Shown one piece after another: positions 12,428 to 25,636 of a stretch of 64,000 nucleotides of DNA (its first letter is position 1; each line of letters opens with the position of its first letter). The stretch lies in NCBI GenBank assembly GCA_003971905.1, contig RSEE01000013.1, forward strand, positions 1 to 64,000. Direction: 5' to 3'. The notes beneath the pieces were generated by a model. That model did no database searches. It was given only the letters and a program-made list of their open reading frames with translations, and was not told where the DNA came from. The translations under genes and the position numbers were made by a program. The stretch is from Moniliella sp. 'wahieum' (lineage: Eukaryota).

Positions 12428-15400
12428 CAGCAATATGCATACACCCGTTCCAATCCATTCCAACCCACCCATCCTATCCTACATCATCTTCCCTCGGTCC
12501 CTCCAGCCGCATGGGTCTATATCTCTCAGAGAGTGTGGATGTAGGAGGCCGCAGTCTTTCTCACAGGTAGGAAACAAGGGGGACTTTGCATTATGGAAAA
12601 TGGTTCTGACTGAAAGAGAGGGGTCGACGCAATTGGGACGGATCTCATGGCAACCGGTGCGGGGGCACACAGGTGTTTGGCTGCCGGGGAACTAACACAG
12701 GCCAGTCTGACTGTAGAAACCCAGCCGTTTGGCCAATGGGTCCACACCAAAGGGGGAAGCGGGGGGGGCGCAAAGTTCAGACAACTTGTCTTCGGGCCTC
12801 AGGCGAATTTCATTCAAGGTGCCATTGGCAGCTACTTCAGTGCTGGCGACCTGTGAAGACACGGGAGGAAACGTCAGTGTCGTCGGCATCAGCTATAAAC
12901 TCCGTTAAGCAGACCGGAGTGGAATAATCAACATACTTCCACAAGGGGAGTCGCGAAGGAGCAAGATACATCCTTTCGGTCTCTTCGGCTGGCTCGATCG
13001 GGGTGGGAACGGAGGCATTAATGAGCCGGTAGGCGGTGCCGGTGGCCTCAGAGAGCTGACGATGGAGAATGGTGGATGAGACGATATGTTTTGTCCACCG
13101 GATTCTGGGGTAAATTTTAAGCGACACCTCCGCTCGTCCACCAGGACGAGGCATTGTAAACGCCAGCGGAAAAAGTGAGAACTGAAGATATATGGATGCT
13201 CAAGAGCACCACGAGGATGCGGCCATCAGAGTCCTGGCTGCTTGGGTTAAATCCTTTGTGCCAGAGGCCCGCAAGGTGTGGTTCCCCTCTACTCCTGCTC
13301 TTCCGAGGGATTAGGGTCCCAACATCACTACTGGGTAAGCCCGTATGTCTCTCTTCGCCTTCCGCGCACTGCGCCGCGTCTCGTCCTGATGAGTCATCTT
13401 CCTCCACAGTCGCGGCGCAGTGTGGATGCGTGTGTTGTGCGGGATTATGGTCTGCACACAAAAGCGAGAGCGTTGGCTTCAGCACAGCCTTGTGGAATTC
13501 GCCAAACCAGGATTGTGGTAGCGAGTGGATGCCAATATTATGTGCTCGAGTGAGGACGTTACAGGCCACACACTTGCACTGTGTTGCTGCGCGAGGAATG
13601 GCATAGAGTACTACATAACTTGAAACCATTCAGAACCCGCGTGTTGGTGAACCCAAAGCACTGTATTGGGGGCTGACCTTGAGAAAAGCCAAGTGTAGTT
13701 CAATGAACGCATTGCTGCACCAAATGGGTTGGTTTCGATCGGATTGGCACCCGGTTCACCTTTCTACCCTTGTCTAGTGAGGTGATTTCGCGTACCGCAA
13801 CCTTCGCCTGGGCATGAATCGTTACCCTCTATTAGCACAGCAAGTTGAATCCTCTTCTGTGCTTCTCCTCTCCTTTTGTAGTTCATCTCGAGGCGAAAAT
13901 CAGACTATGACCCCTTTGTGGGCGTGATCTGCATGATCCGACAGACGAACTCATGATTTCACCATGCGTCATCAAGAGACAACTCCCCCTCTTAACTGCT
14001 TCCTCTGTCTCCGCCTTCTTAACCTAACACATGTATCCATCTCTCGCAGCTTTTCATATCTTATTTTTACAGCCGTTCAGTTCCTGGTCCCCGTGAAGCC
14101 TCCACAAGCCCTCGCAGCTGCTTCTTGCGCTGCACCGCTGTTCAGCACGACCAATTATTGTTACTCGAATAAGGTCCTATTATCTGCATCATCAGAACAA
14201 TGTGTGGAAGAGGTGTATTTCCTTCTATAGTATATGCATCCCTCCCTTAGCTGGCATCAACGGCACAGAAAGCAAGTAACTCGTATCATTGATTTTGTCC
14301 AATACGACAACGGAGAAACCCTCCTCAAGCGTATCCTATACATCCGAATCTGATGATAAAGCCACGCGATTTTCCTCTACACCACATTCTTGGTCGATGA
14401 TCCGGGTCAGCATGGGTTGTGGTTGTGTATGCACGCTTTTTTCTCTCTCTCGTCACAGTCTCAGACGTGTTGTTAATCACTTTCAATGACCTACATGTCA
14501 GAGGATCTCTGAGGGACTCGGTAAGGAAACTAAGGATCCCTCATCCGTTTTCCATAATCGAATCACTTGGAGGCCACCGGGCCTACGGCCCGGTCAGCCA
14601 GTGGGGCTTGTTCACCCCAGCCTGGTTTGTGCTGGGCCACCACCGCCACCGTGGCCACCGCACACCCTTCCACCGTGGCGCTAACAAGCAGCACACGCCG
14701 GATGAACGGTTCGATTAGGCTCAGCGTTTTTCTTTGTCCGAGCCTAGTTAAGCTCAGTCAATGATATGGTTACAGTATAGAGATTAATCACCCCCTCCTT
14801 TTGAGCTTTTTTCTCCTGAGAGCCTCTAATAATGGCTGAGACTTGAAGCATTCTTGAAGTCGAAAACGGTGAACTGTACGTCCTGAACGCCCTGAACGCC
14901 CGCACTTCCCTACGCTTTAAATCAGCAAGCCTAATCACATCTTCGGCACCGCATCAGGTATTACAGAAAAGAACGAAGCTCAAGAGGTGTTATCTCCAGA
15001 GAAACCTCGGGGGCCTGATGCTGATGCCTGAATTTCTGTGAGATGATCTAAAGCTTGAAGCCGGTCACATGTGCACTCACATGTCACAATATACCTTTTT
15101 AATGGCGTGTGACATCTGCTGGTGAGTTCCTGGCTCATTTTCTTAAGAAGAGCCGGCACTATCTTTGAGAAGAAGAATTCCAATTCATATCGTTGCGGCT
15201 TCCCTCTCGGTAAGAGGAATGCGAACATGAGCTCTGCGTGAGAGGAGAAGCGAGCAGGTTCAAGAACTGATATGCACTGGTGGTACATCGACCACAACAG
15301 AGAGGCGTATGTGGTGTCTAAGGCTGCCGAGATCCACCGGTAATGGGTGTATTCAATCCTTAGGCCTCAGAGGTATCTCGATAGGAATGCCTATATGCGT

Positions 15401-17510
15401 TTGTCACAGTGATGCATGCCTGGTGGCTATATTTTGCGCCTCCTTTTTTGTCTCCCTGAATCGTTTAGTAGCACAAACTGTCAGTGACTCACAATCTGTG
15501 AGCGGCAGCAGCGTATGGTAGAGGTGTCGTGAAAGCGCTCGCTTGTTTGCGGCAGCAGCGGCTCACCTAATGTTCTTGGCCCAACAGGTGCGTGAGGCTC
15601 AGATCTCAGAAGGAGAAGTTGGAGCAAGAATATTGGAGTGTTTGAAAGCCCGCCCACGTCCTCATAACACGTCCTCATGGTACTTACCCCTCTGGGCTAA
15701 TCAAAAGCGTGTATAAACATTTGCATAGATCAAGCTGAGCGCGTGTTTTACCAGGACTGCCCCCGTGTAACAATGCACTGGCATTGAGAGGCGTCGAGGC
15801 TTTCCGTTCATACACAGCAACATAGTTACTATACGTATAGTAGCTATAGGGGATTGCTTCTTCTGTGTGCCAGGTTATGCCGCACCAAGAACCGATCAAC
15901 TTGGCAGAAGGAACATCATAATTTGGGTGGGGAGGATGTGTGCTGTGTCCAGTAGTAGGCCCGAGAATGCACCAAGGAAGAGATTGGTGCGAGGGTATAG
16001 TGACGAGTTAGTGACGGGTGTCGAATGGAATGCGGAGGTGGTGGGTGGAGGATAGTTTAGGATGACCAAGGATGGTCGGGTGCACCAACGCCACATGGAG
16101 TGGGTGGGTAAAGTCACAGTGACAAGTGACCGGATATGTGACATGTGAGCGTTGAATGAGTGAAGAGTGAAGGTGAACATCTCTAAACTGCGTAGAGAAA
16201 AGAGGTGGCTTGTGGGGCACGTGACAGGACTGCCGGAACACGCGTCCACAGCGTACGGTTTCTCAACAGTTTCTCAACACAAGGAAAAAAGCGGAAAAGA
16301 TGTCGATATGGAGAAATGGCAACGGCAACGGCAACGGCAGATGTATACTGACGCTGAGATCCAGTGAGAGTGAGATCACTATACCACTAACCTCTAGCAC
16401 TTCAGGTTTAGGCAGGCCGTAGGGCGCTACGCATCAGCCCTAGGCCTTAGCGCTGAACCTCAGCAGCCTCAGCCTTGAGACACGTGATCCTTGGTCGATC
16501 ATATGCTGCATGGTGATCTGTCTATAGGCTCAGAAGGCCACACAGCTGCCACACAGCGTCCTATTAAGATCTCAGCAGAGAGCCTCGTCACTAGCACAGA
16601 TGCTCAGATCCCAGAGCCGTGGGGTGCGCCCTGGTGCGCCACACCTTACTGTTATACAGCTGTTCACAATCAACACGTATGCATCTGGTATAGGCCCGCA
16701 GTAAGAAACGGACCCGGTGTGCGTGTTGCTGATGGCTTGGCTGAGATATACTAGTAGTTCGTTCAAAAAGCCTGTGCGAGACAATTCCATCAGGCAGCGT
16801 TCGATGACCTCAAAAACACGATGGGCAGGTTGCATGGGGTATGGGTTGTGCGAGCGCTGAGTGAGCGGCGAGGGCGAGTAGAAGGTGTGCGGACCGTGTT
16901 GGATGTGAGATCTGAGGCTCGGAGGTCTGAGGCTGGAGGGAGGGTGCGATGAAAAATGCTAGTAGAGTCCCCGCTCAACCGGCAGTGCAGCTATACAACC
17001 GCTGTAGAGTGTTGAGTGAGGTGCCCTGGGGCATGTGGGAGAGGGCAGATGTGGCCAGAGGGCTGGGGATCGAAGGGGACAGGAGTCGGCCGGAGGCGCG
17101 TGAGGGGAGCCACAGGCAGCTGCCCAAACAGACCGCGGCGGCAGGCCACAGCCGATGGCCGATGCAACTTCTACCGCAGTAGGAACTGCCGCCCGTCTGA
17201 TTATGATTCCCAGCCTGCCGACGCTGCGGCTGCCCTGCCGGTGCGTCATCGATCACCCGTTCCCATCACCCGCCAGCCTCGCCTCGCCCCTCCCGCGGCA
17301 GTCACGTGCACGGCGCCAGTGTGTGTAGGTCCCCCCGCCGCCGCACGGGGGCAGTGGCCGCGCTGTGGGTTGCGCGGTGGGCACACACTGGCGCCGCGCG
17401 GCGGCGGAGCGTAGAAGTTACGGACCATGCCCTGTGCTGCTCACCACCAGCCCCGCCAGCTGCTCTACTGAGCGCCGCTGCGCCTCCATCCCGCCCCCAC
17501 CACGCCCGCC

Positions 17511-19514
17511 ATGGTCCTGTATGTCCTCCTGCCCGCCCGCTCCTCCGCCTCGCTTGCTGACGCTTCCCTCCCCCCCCCTCCCTCAGTCTGCCCCACCCCC
17601 ACACGTACGGCCCCGCGCACTCCGCCGCGCGCCTCCTCCTCCACTGCCTCGGCGCCCGCGAGCAAGACAATGACCACCCGCAGCACCGCCCGCGGCCTCA
17701 GCGACATTACCAACCGTGCTGACGGAGCGCGCCGCCCCCCATCCTCCCGCTCCGCAAAGAGGCAATGGACCAGAAGCGGCACGCGCGCCCGTCGTCAAAT
17801 CGACCGTCGTGCCAGCTCGGCCGCTGCGAGGACCGGCGAAGCTACTGGTGCCGCTGGCACGGTGCCTGCCGCTCGGCTTCGGTTGTCCGTCGCACGGCCG
17901 CGACGGGCGCATCCGCCGCTACTGCTTCTCGGCCTGCTGTTCGCCGTCTAGCAGCGGCCTCGGTGCGTGCTGCTGCCCCCAGCACTTCGGCCCGTGCATC
18001 CCGCGCGCCCCCGCCTCGACAGCTTCTTCTTCGGCCACCAGCGCGGCCTCCTCACGCCCTCGGTCAGTCAAGCGCGTAGCCAGCGAACCGAGTTGGTGCC
18101 CGAGACGAAGAAACAGCGGGGCCATGCACGCACTCCACATCCTCTACCGCCCGCGCCGCCGACCGGCCGAACAGACGACACGGACCCAGCCTGCGGCTGT
18201 CAGGAGCCCGTCGCAGAGCAGGCACCGAAAGATGCTGGATGGGAAGACCTGGACCAGACGATTGGTACGATCCGGTCATGGTGTCTGAGTATGCGGATGA
18301 TGTGTTTGCGTATATGAAGGAGCTGGGGTTCGTTTTCTTGCTGTCCCTTGACCGTAGCGCTGGGGGCCCTGTGTCTCCATTGGGCTATTTTTGTTTCGTT
18401 GATTTTCTGACACGCCCTTTGTGCGTTTCTCGGTTCAGGTTAAGACCATGCCCAGCGACTCGCTCCTCACAAACAGGAGGAGATTGCGTGGAGTCACCGA
18501 AGTACCTTGGTGGACTGGTTGATCAGTGTCCACTACAAATTCCGTCTGCTGCCAGAGACGCTATTCCTAGCGCAACATCTTGGACCGCACGCTCTCGACG
18601 GGCCCGGTACTGTTGTCCAACTTTCAGCTGCTGGGGACGGCCAGTCTGTTTATTGCGGCCAAGTACGAAGAAGTAATGTGCCCCTCGATCGAGTATTTGG
18701 TATGTGCGGCGGGGAATACGTTTAGTGAAGACGACCTACGCGATTGCGAGCGTCATGTGCTGCGCAAGCTCGACTTTAATCTCTCCTACCCCAACCCGAT
18801 GAACTTTTTGCGTCGCATCTCCAAAGCGGATGAGTACGATGTCGAGACGCGTACGTTGGCCAAGTACCTATTGGAGATCAGTCTGGTGGACTGGCGCTTG
18901 CTTGCCCACCCTCCTTCGGCCTTGGCCGCTGCCGCTTTCTGGTTGGCGCGCCGTATGCTGGACCGAGGCGCATGGAACCCAACGTTGGTCCACTACTCGA
19001 CCTACCTCGAAAGCGAGTTGTTGGCAACGGCTGAGATCATGCTGGACTACGTACTGCGCCAGCCGGCGCAAACCCAAGCGGCAGAGGACGCCCACGCCGC
19101 CGCCGACGGCGCTGCCGTCACGCAGTCGGAGCGGCATCCCAAGTTTTTCAAAAAGTATTCCGCCAAGCGCTTCTTTGTCGTGGCGACCTACGTCCGTGCT
19201 TGGGCCGCCAACACGTACCCGCGCTCTGTGCTGATCGGCCGGGGCGAGCCGGAGGCCGAAGACCCCATTGCGGTCGACCTGTTTACCGAACGGGGTACGA
19301 GCGGCCCAACTCGGCGAGCCTGATGCGCATCTTTAACTTTGCTGGTGCCACGTGGCTGCCGCCGTCGGACGACGCTGAGGCCGGCTTGGTCCCCATGCCC
19401 TTTTCGCCCCAACGGGTGTACCGTGGTGCCGAGCCGATGCGCACCACCCCTTCCCACCAAAGCACGGTAAGGGACGAGGATGCAGAGATGGCCACCACCT
19501 TTCTTGGACGGTGA
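17511..19514 (+). CDS. G2/M B-type cyclin (Clb/Cdc13-like); stop at 19323 or 19514
   Basis: Destruction-box-like RGLSDITN; DPVMVSEYADDVFAYM; LVDWLISVHYKFRLLPETLFLA; IAAKYEEV; LSYPNPMNFLRRISKAD; introns near 17519-17586 and 18328-18438. Confidence 0.9.
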
Positions 19515-20954
19515 GCAGCGCAGCTCTTCACCGGGCGAAGTGTCGGACGAGCTTTAGAGGCGCTTTGCTTTACTCATCCCCTCTTTTCACGTGCGGGAAC
19601 TTTTCCTTTCCAGCATGCCGTCGTTGCCCGCAAACCCCCACGAACGTCTGATCCGTCAGCCGCTCCGATCTGTATACTACCTCCTCTTTCATCCCTTGCC
19701 GTGCCTTCCCGATCCATCGCTTCGGCTGGCACCTCCCCCCTCCCCCCTACCTCCACGGTCACCTTCTTCCCCCCCTAACTCCCTGTATCTTGTCGGCAGG
19801 GAATGAGGTCGGTGGTCAATTCTCTTTTCCCCCTCCCTCTTTTGACTTCTCTTGCATTCTCACCATGGCGGTGATGCATCCCCCTTTCTTTGAATCGTCT
19901 CTTAATACGATTGCGACCAGCCGTGGTCGTTGGCAGTGTGTTCCATCTGCCACAGTGCATCCCACAGGTCATATATGCGGAGAGGGTGGAAGGCTATTAC
20001 TCTGCACCCCTCCCCCTCCTCGGGTTCGGCACGCGGATCAAGTCCATGCATGGTAGCAGAAGCGCCAGGACAGCGGGGCGAAAACTGAGGGAACTGCCTG
20101 GGGGATGAAAGGGCGCAAGGGACGGTCTGTAAGAAAACATAGGACACTTCTCCCCCCGTAAATGGCAGCGGCGGCGGGGGTTGCTGCATACAAACAAGAT
20201 GCGGTATGGGAATTGTCCGGGACTATCGACCACCACGCCACGGCAGGCAACCAGTGGAATGGCTGGCAGGTGTTGAAACGAGGGGAGCACGTACTGCCCT
20301 GAATGAAATCGTTGGTAAGTAGCCAGCACGTTGGAGGAGCGCAGGAAGGCGACGCAAGCGCAACGCACCCAGATGTTACATTTCCGTCTTTGTTCGGCCC
20401 CGCCTCCTCTCCCCTCGGCGCCTCGGCCCACGCCGGCTGCACACCCACACCACACCTCTCCCACCATGCGCATCCACTTCCCGCCTCCGCTCCACTGCCC
20501 CCTCCCCCACCAGCCGGGCCTGCGCGCACGATTCAAACCATGGTGCCCGTTCAACCTCCCTCTGGCTGAGCAGGTCCTCTCATCAGCCGCCTGACCAGCC
20601 AAAGTCATGTGACTTGTGACTTGGTGCGCTCCCTCGTCTTAACTTCAGTACTCAGTCCAAGTCCCGTCCTCCGTACGCGTCTGCTCATTGCGCGGGCTAT
20701 CCTCCGTTCCTCGCCCAAAGCCGCGCCTGGCGGACATGGCTACATCAGCGTCCAGAGTCATTCAGTAAGGCATAGATTGGGTATGGAGTGCTGGGGTTGA
20801 GAACAGCGCGGGGGGAAGGGGGAGAGGCGCAATCCAGCGTGGCATCCGCTAAGCGCGTCAGCCGAATGGTGCGCACAAACCTCAGGGGGGGGGACAGGGC
20901 GCCTTGTCTCACAAATCTGGGGGGGCAAGACACAAGAAAGACAAGGGCGTTTGA

Positions 20955-21495
20955 TTATTTGAGGGGGATGAACCGGCCTGCCTGGGCGCCCAGACCGGGC
21001 CGACCATGAGCCGAGGGGAGGTAGGTCATAGCAAATTCGCCGAGGTAGTGCGCCACCATCTCTGGCTTAATTTCTACCGTGGCAAACACTTTGCCGGTGT
21101 AGATGCCAATCACCGAGCCGATCATCTCGGGCACGACAATCATGTTGCGCAAGTGGGTCTTGACCAGGGCGGGTTTCTCGTTGGGCGGGGCTAGCTGCTT
21201 GGCCTTGCGCAGTTTCTTGATCAGGCCCATGGGTTTGCGCTTCAAGCCGCGCTGGAAACGGCGCCGAGCACGCGCATGCACAATGCCCATGAACTCCTCG
21301 TTGCTCAGATCCAGCAGCTTGGACAGCTCAATGCCGCGGTAGTACGACTTTTTAAATGTCCGGCGCGCCTTGAGCGCCGCCGCTTCGGCTGCGTCGTACG
21401 AGTCCCTGGAGCAACAGATAGGTCAGTATCCAGCCATCGGCCTGCGCCGCCCCCCGCCGGTGCGTTCCACCCCGACAGAGACTGCCGACTCACAT
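20955..21495 (-). CDS. RPS15: 40S ribosomal protein S15 (uS19)
   Basis: [58 protein letters not shown]; 88-nt intron 21406-21493 splits the ATG (AT|G). Confidence 0.97.
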
Positions 21496-21899
21496 GGTGA
21501 CGCGAAGACCAGGCTTGGTGGCCAGCGTCGGCCGCGCGGGCAGGCGGCGGGGGAAGCCCAGGCCAGGCGGTAGCGGTAGGGTTGGTCCTTGAAGCCTCGG
21601 CCGACGCCCCCCCGCGTGGTCTCGGATCCCAGACATCTCCACCTCCCATTCTGCGTGCGCACGGCCCCGGCCAAAGCGACGCGGGCCGTCGCACCAACAT
21701 CAACTTGACCCACGCGCAATGGGGGAAAGAACAAGATAGCATAGATAGCATATAATAATGAGAGACGCGAGTCATGGCACACATCCAGAAGGACAGAGCC
21801 ACAATAGAGCAAGTACAAGCAATGCGACGGGGAAGGGTTGGGGACCATGGCGGGGCGGGGAGCATGGTGGGGCGAGAGGGGAAACCAGCGCGTGTACGT

Positions 21900-24800
21900 C
21901 TACTGGTTCTTCTTTTCGACTGGGGTAGTTGCTTGTTGCAACTTGCGCAGTTTTTCCAGTTTGGCAAACACGCTGGAAAAGTCGTTTTGCTGTTCGATGT
22001 GGGTGGGGACCATGTAGGCTTCTCCACACAGTTCCTTGACGGCGAGCGCGATGCGGTCCAAGCGCAAGATGAACGAGGACCAAGCGGTGGCGCCGACGGC
22101 GTAGGTAAAGTAGTTCATGTCCTCCACCGTGGCGCGGTCCAGGTGGCGGGGCAAGTGGAGCTCAGAAATGATTTCCTCACCTTCTTCGTCCTCCATATCG
22201 TACGCAGACACCACGTCAAACCCGTTTCATGGTAAACAGCCGGTCCACCAGGGGGGCCGGAGTGATATGGGGCATGGGCTTGCCCCCCGCCAAGGAGGTA
22301 GAGCTCATATGTGCAACGGCAAACATGTCTCCGACAAAGCGCGGGTCGGACAGTCGCAGACGCTTGGCCTGGGCCCGCGCCCAGGGCCCCGGCTGGGTCT
22401 TGAGCACATTGAACGCATGGGTCAACTGCTTGGTCGCATCCAGCAGCGCATCGTTCAGTTGTTGGTACCGGTCCGCAGGCCATTTGCCCAGCAGCGATAC
22501 CTCGTACGCCGTGTTGGGGCTGATCGCACGCAGGCGCCGAATCTTGCCACGCAGACCGATCAGCGACTTGTTCAGCCGTACCCGCTCCGGCTCGTCTTCC
22601 GGCACCAAATTCGAGTCGGGGTGGGTGGCCGCCCAGGTCAGCACGCTGCTGGTCAGCTTGGTCAGTTCCTCAATGCACGCCGCATGGCCTTGTCGCTGGT
22701 ACGCCCGCAACGTGTGGGACGGGGGAGAAAGCTGCCGACGACCGCCGCGCCCAGACCGATCAGCACGAGCACCAAACGTCGCCACATAATGTCGGCGCCA
22801 TAGGTCAAGGGGCCTGGCGAGGGAAAGTGGGTGTTCTGCCAGCTATAGCCCAGCACCAAGAAGGAGGTGACGACGAGAACCAGCTTAAGCTGCGGGGCAG
22901 AGGGGCTGTAAGTGCGGAAGAAGAAGAGCAGCGGGAAGGTCACTGCGCAGGTGACTCCCATGCCCCACACGTTGCCCCTTCCATTGCCCGTAGAGATGTA
23001 CCAGATGATGCCGCCAAACGATGCGCCTACCGCGGTTGCGATGATCCGGACCAACGTCCCATACACAGTGTCGCCCCGCCACCGACTCAGGGTTAGCTGG
23101 GCCATAAACGAAGCCCACCCGCCTTTTGTTGATAACAAAAAGGTGCCGAGGGGCGGTAGTACTGCGGCAAGGACACGAGCGCTGTCATGGCCCCGGCTTT
23201 CCACACGAACAGCCGATTGGAGGTAAAGAGCCACTTGGTACAGCTCCACACGCGTTGCCCTGTCCACTCGAGCAACGTCTCTGGTTCCAACGCATCCGGG
23301 TTGCGCGGCGCGCCCTCGCCCAGTTCCAACGCTTGCGCTTCGGTGAAATCCGCGGCCAACTGCGACTCTCCCAATTCGCCACCATCTTCTCCGTCCCCCC
23401 GTGCTGCCCATCCATGCTTCCAAACGGCGCATGTAGCGCCCGTCCGGGAGCCAGACCCGAGCCACCTTGCCATTTGTCGTGACCTCTTCCGCCTTGCGGA
23501 GCAAGCGGAGGATTTGGCGCGACAGCTGAAGCAAGGCAAACTGATGATTGAACGCCTGATAAATGTAACGATGAGGAATGGCGTGGGGGTCAAATTCGCC
23601 ATCGGGAGTGATGAGAGGGCGAGAATGAGAAGACGCTCGGTTTGCTCAAACTGGTCCCGGGCAGCTTGCAGCACATCAATCGTCTCTTTCAGCTGGCGCT
23701 CGCGTCGTTCAAACGCTTCAGTGCCTTTTCGGGGGCGAAAAAGCGATCGTAAAAGTCCTGCATCCGGTCATGGTTCAGCTTGCGGAAAAGTCGGCCATAT
23801 TGGTAATTGCCTCGGCTGTGCGCTGGAGCAATTCCTTCTCGGACTGGCCGAGTCGGTTCATGGTCTCCTCTGTGTACCGGTTGGAGCTTTCCGGGTGCAA
23901 ATAGGCCTCGACCGAAGAGGCCCGGAGACTCTCCCATGTACCCACCGGGAGCGTCTTGTGCAAACGGGCACGCAGCCGAGAAGGTGAATTGGACCGAGAA
24001 AGACGGGAGCGCAAGTGAGAGCGGTGATGGTGGTGGCCATGTTCATGATGGTGGTGGGAGCGAGTGGGGGATGACGATCCGTCTTCTGACCGCCGAGGGC
24101 GCAGCACATGGTGCAGCAGGTCGTGCAGTCCTCCAACATCGTGATCGGGTCGTTCAGGGGCCGGGGAAGTGCTCCCGGCCCCCATATCGGGGAAATAGCC
24201 CCGATTGGCATCTCCACTTTCTCTTGGGCGTTCAAGAACGGGTGTGTGCGCTGGAGAGGCAGTGCGCGAAGCCGAGGGGGTTGCACGACCCGACTGGTAA
24301 GGAGTCCGGATCATGCTCGGGATCGGGGTCACAACAGAGGGCGCGTAGCGAATGTCGGCCTTAATCCCACTGTAGTACTGGGCCATCGCATCCATAGCTC
24401 TGCAAAATGAAAACGCAACAATGGAGGTTAGTCCTCGTGCACTGGTCCCTAAAGAAATAAGAAAAGGTACGCACGGAAAAATCTTGCGGACAAGATTTCC
24501 ATGTCCTTGAGATCTTGCCCCGAGGCATGGCCCACCGTCACTTCACGCTTAAGCAGACGCGAGCTCATCTGCAGCAAAGGAATGCCGCCCTCGGCGCGAT
24601 GGATTGTGTCTTGTACGGCATCAAAGTTAAAGTCGGGTCCAGGGGACTCTGTTGCAGTAAATCCCTCTGGATCTCGACTACGGAGAGGATAGGGTCGAGG
24701 ATGGCAACGAAGCGTTCGCAAAACAACGCATTGTTGCTCTTGGGGAAGAAAAGTATGCTGACAATGATCGTCACTGCACACTTGACCGCAAGCGGGACCA

Positions 24801-25636
24801 TCATCCACGCACCATAGGTGTACATGGGTAGGGTACATGGCGGCATACGTAAGTGATATGTTCATAACCATACACCCCACCACCGAACCAAAGAAATGGC
24901 GAGGGACCCAAGGAAGCCTTGATCCACAGGTACATGGCGCAACCAAACGCTTGGAAGACAGCACAGACGACCGAAGGCTTCAGCTCAATGTAGTCCCCAT
25001 TTGTGATGGAGGCGGGGCTAGTAATGTGCGATGCAGGCACCTTGTTGTGGCGCACCGGTGGGCAATAACAATGGCGATGCACGAGTAGGCCCAGGCGAGC
25101 GTGCACAAAAACATAAACCACATCTCGCGCTCAACCACCGATGCCAGCGGTGCGTCAGCGGCCTGCAATCCCGACGCGATCAGGACGAAAAAGGCCATCT
25201 TGCCCAGGGTGCGGTTGACAGGATTGATCATGATCATCACCATGAGGATCCAGGTGGCCAGCGCGCTGCGCAAGACAGGCTTGAGCTTGGACCAAGTCAG
25301 GTTTGGCGGAACCCAGGCGAGCTCGGCGAGGAGCCACTTGGTGAAAGCATTGTTGCGCCACGCGGGGGGCTGTTTCGCCTCTTGGTCTTTTTGCTGGTCG
25401 GGTGGAGGCGCTGGCGAGGGCTGGGAGGCGGGGGCGGAGGCGGGGAAGGGAGCAGGAGCGGGGACAGGGGACTTTTCGTGGGCCTGATGGTCATCGGAGG
25501 AAGTCTCGTGGCGAGAGACGAGGGTGAGGTCCTCGTGGGGGGGAGGGAGAGTGGGGTCGAGCGGGTGGGTGGGATCGGCGAAGGTGACGGGGCGGGGGCG
25601 CGTGGGGGGGAGAGGCGGGGGGGCAGGACGCGGCAT
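21900..25636 (-). CDS. ArAE/FUSC-like integral membrane protein (putative transporter; many indels, 3' end approximate)
   Basis: WVPPNLTWSKLKPVLRSALATWI, hydrophobic helices, IVSILFFP, His-rich loop, WASFMAQLTLSRWRGDTVYG..RIIAT, LVLGYSW, G.DIMWRR..LVLIG, GKWPADRY, LAGGKPMPHITP. Confidence 0.75.

Noticed and set aside
13386..13409. CTGATGAG hammerhead ribozyme core
   Set aside because: No downstream GAAA or stems; better explained as the branch site of a GTAAGC...CAG intron
20030..20240. RNase MRP-like (GATAGTCCCGG / GGACTT) or H/ACA-like signals on the minus strand
   Set aside because: No GARAR loop, no proper H box and no convincing stems; family cannot be assigned
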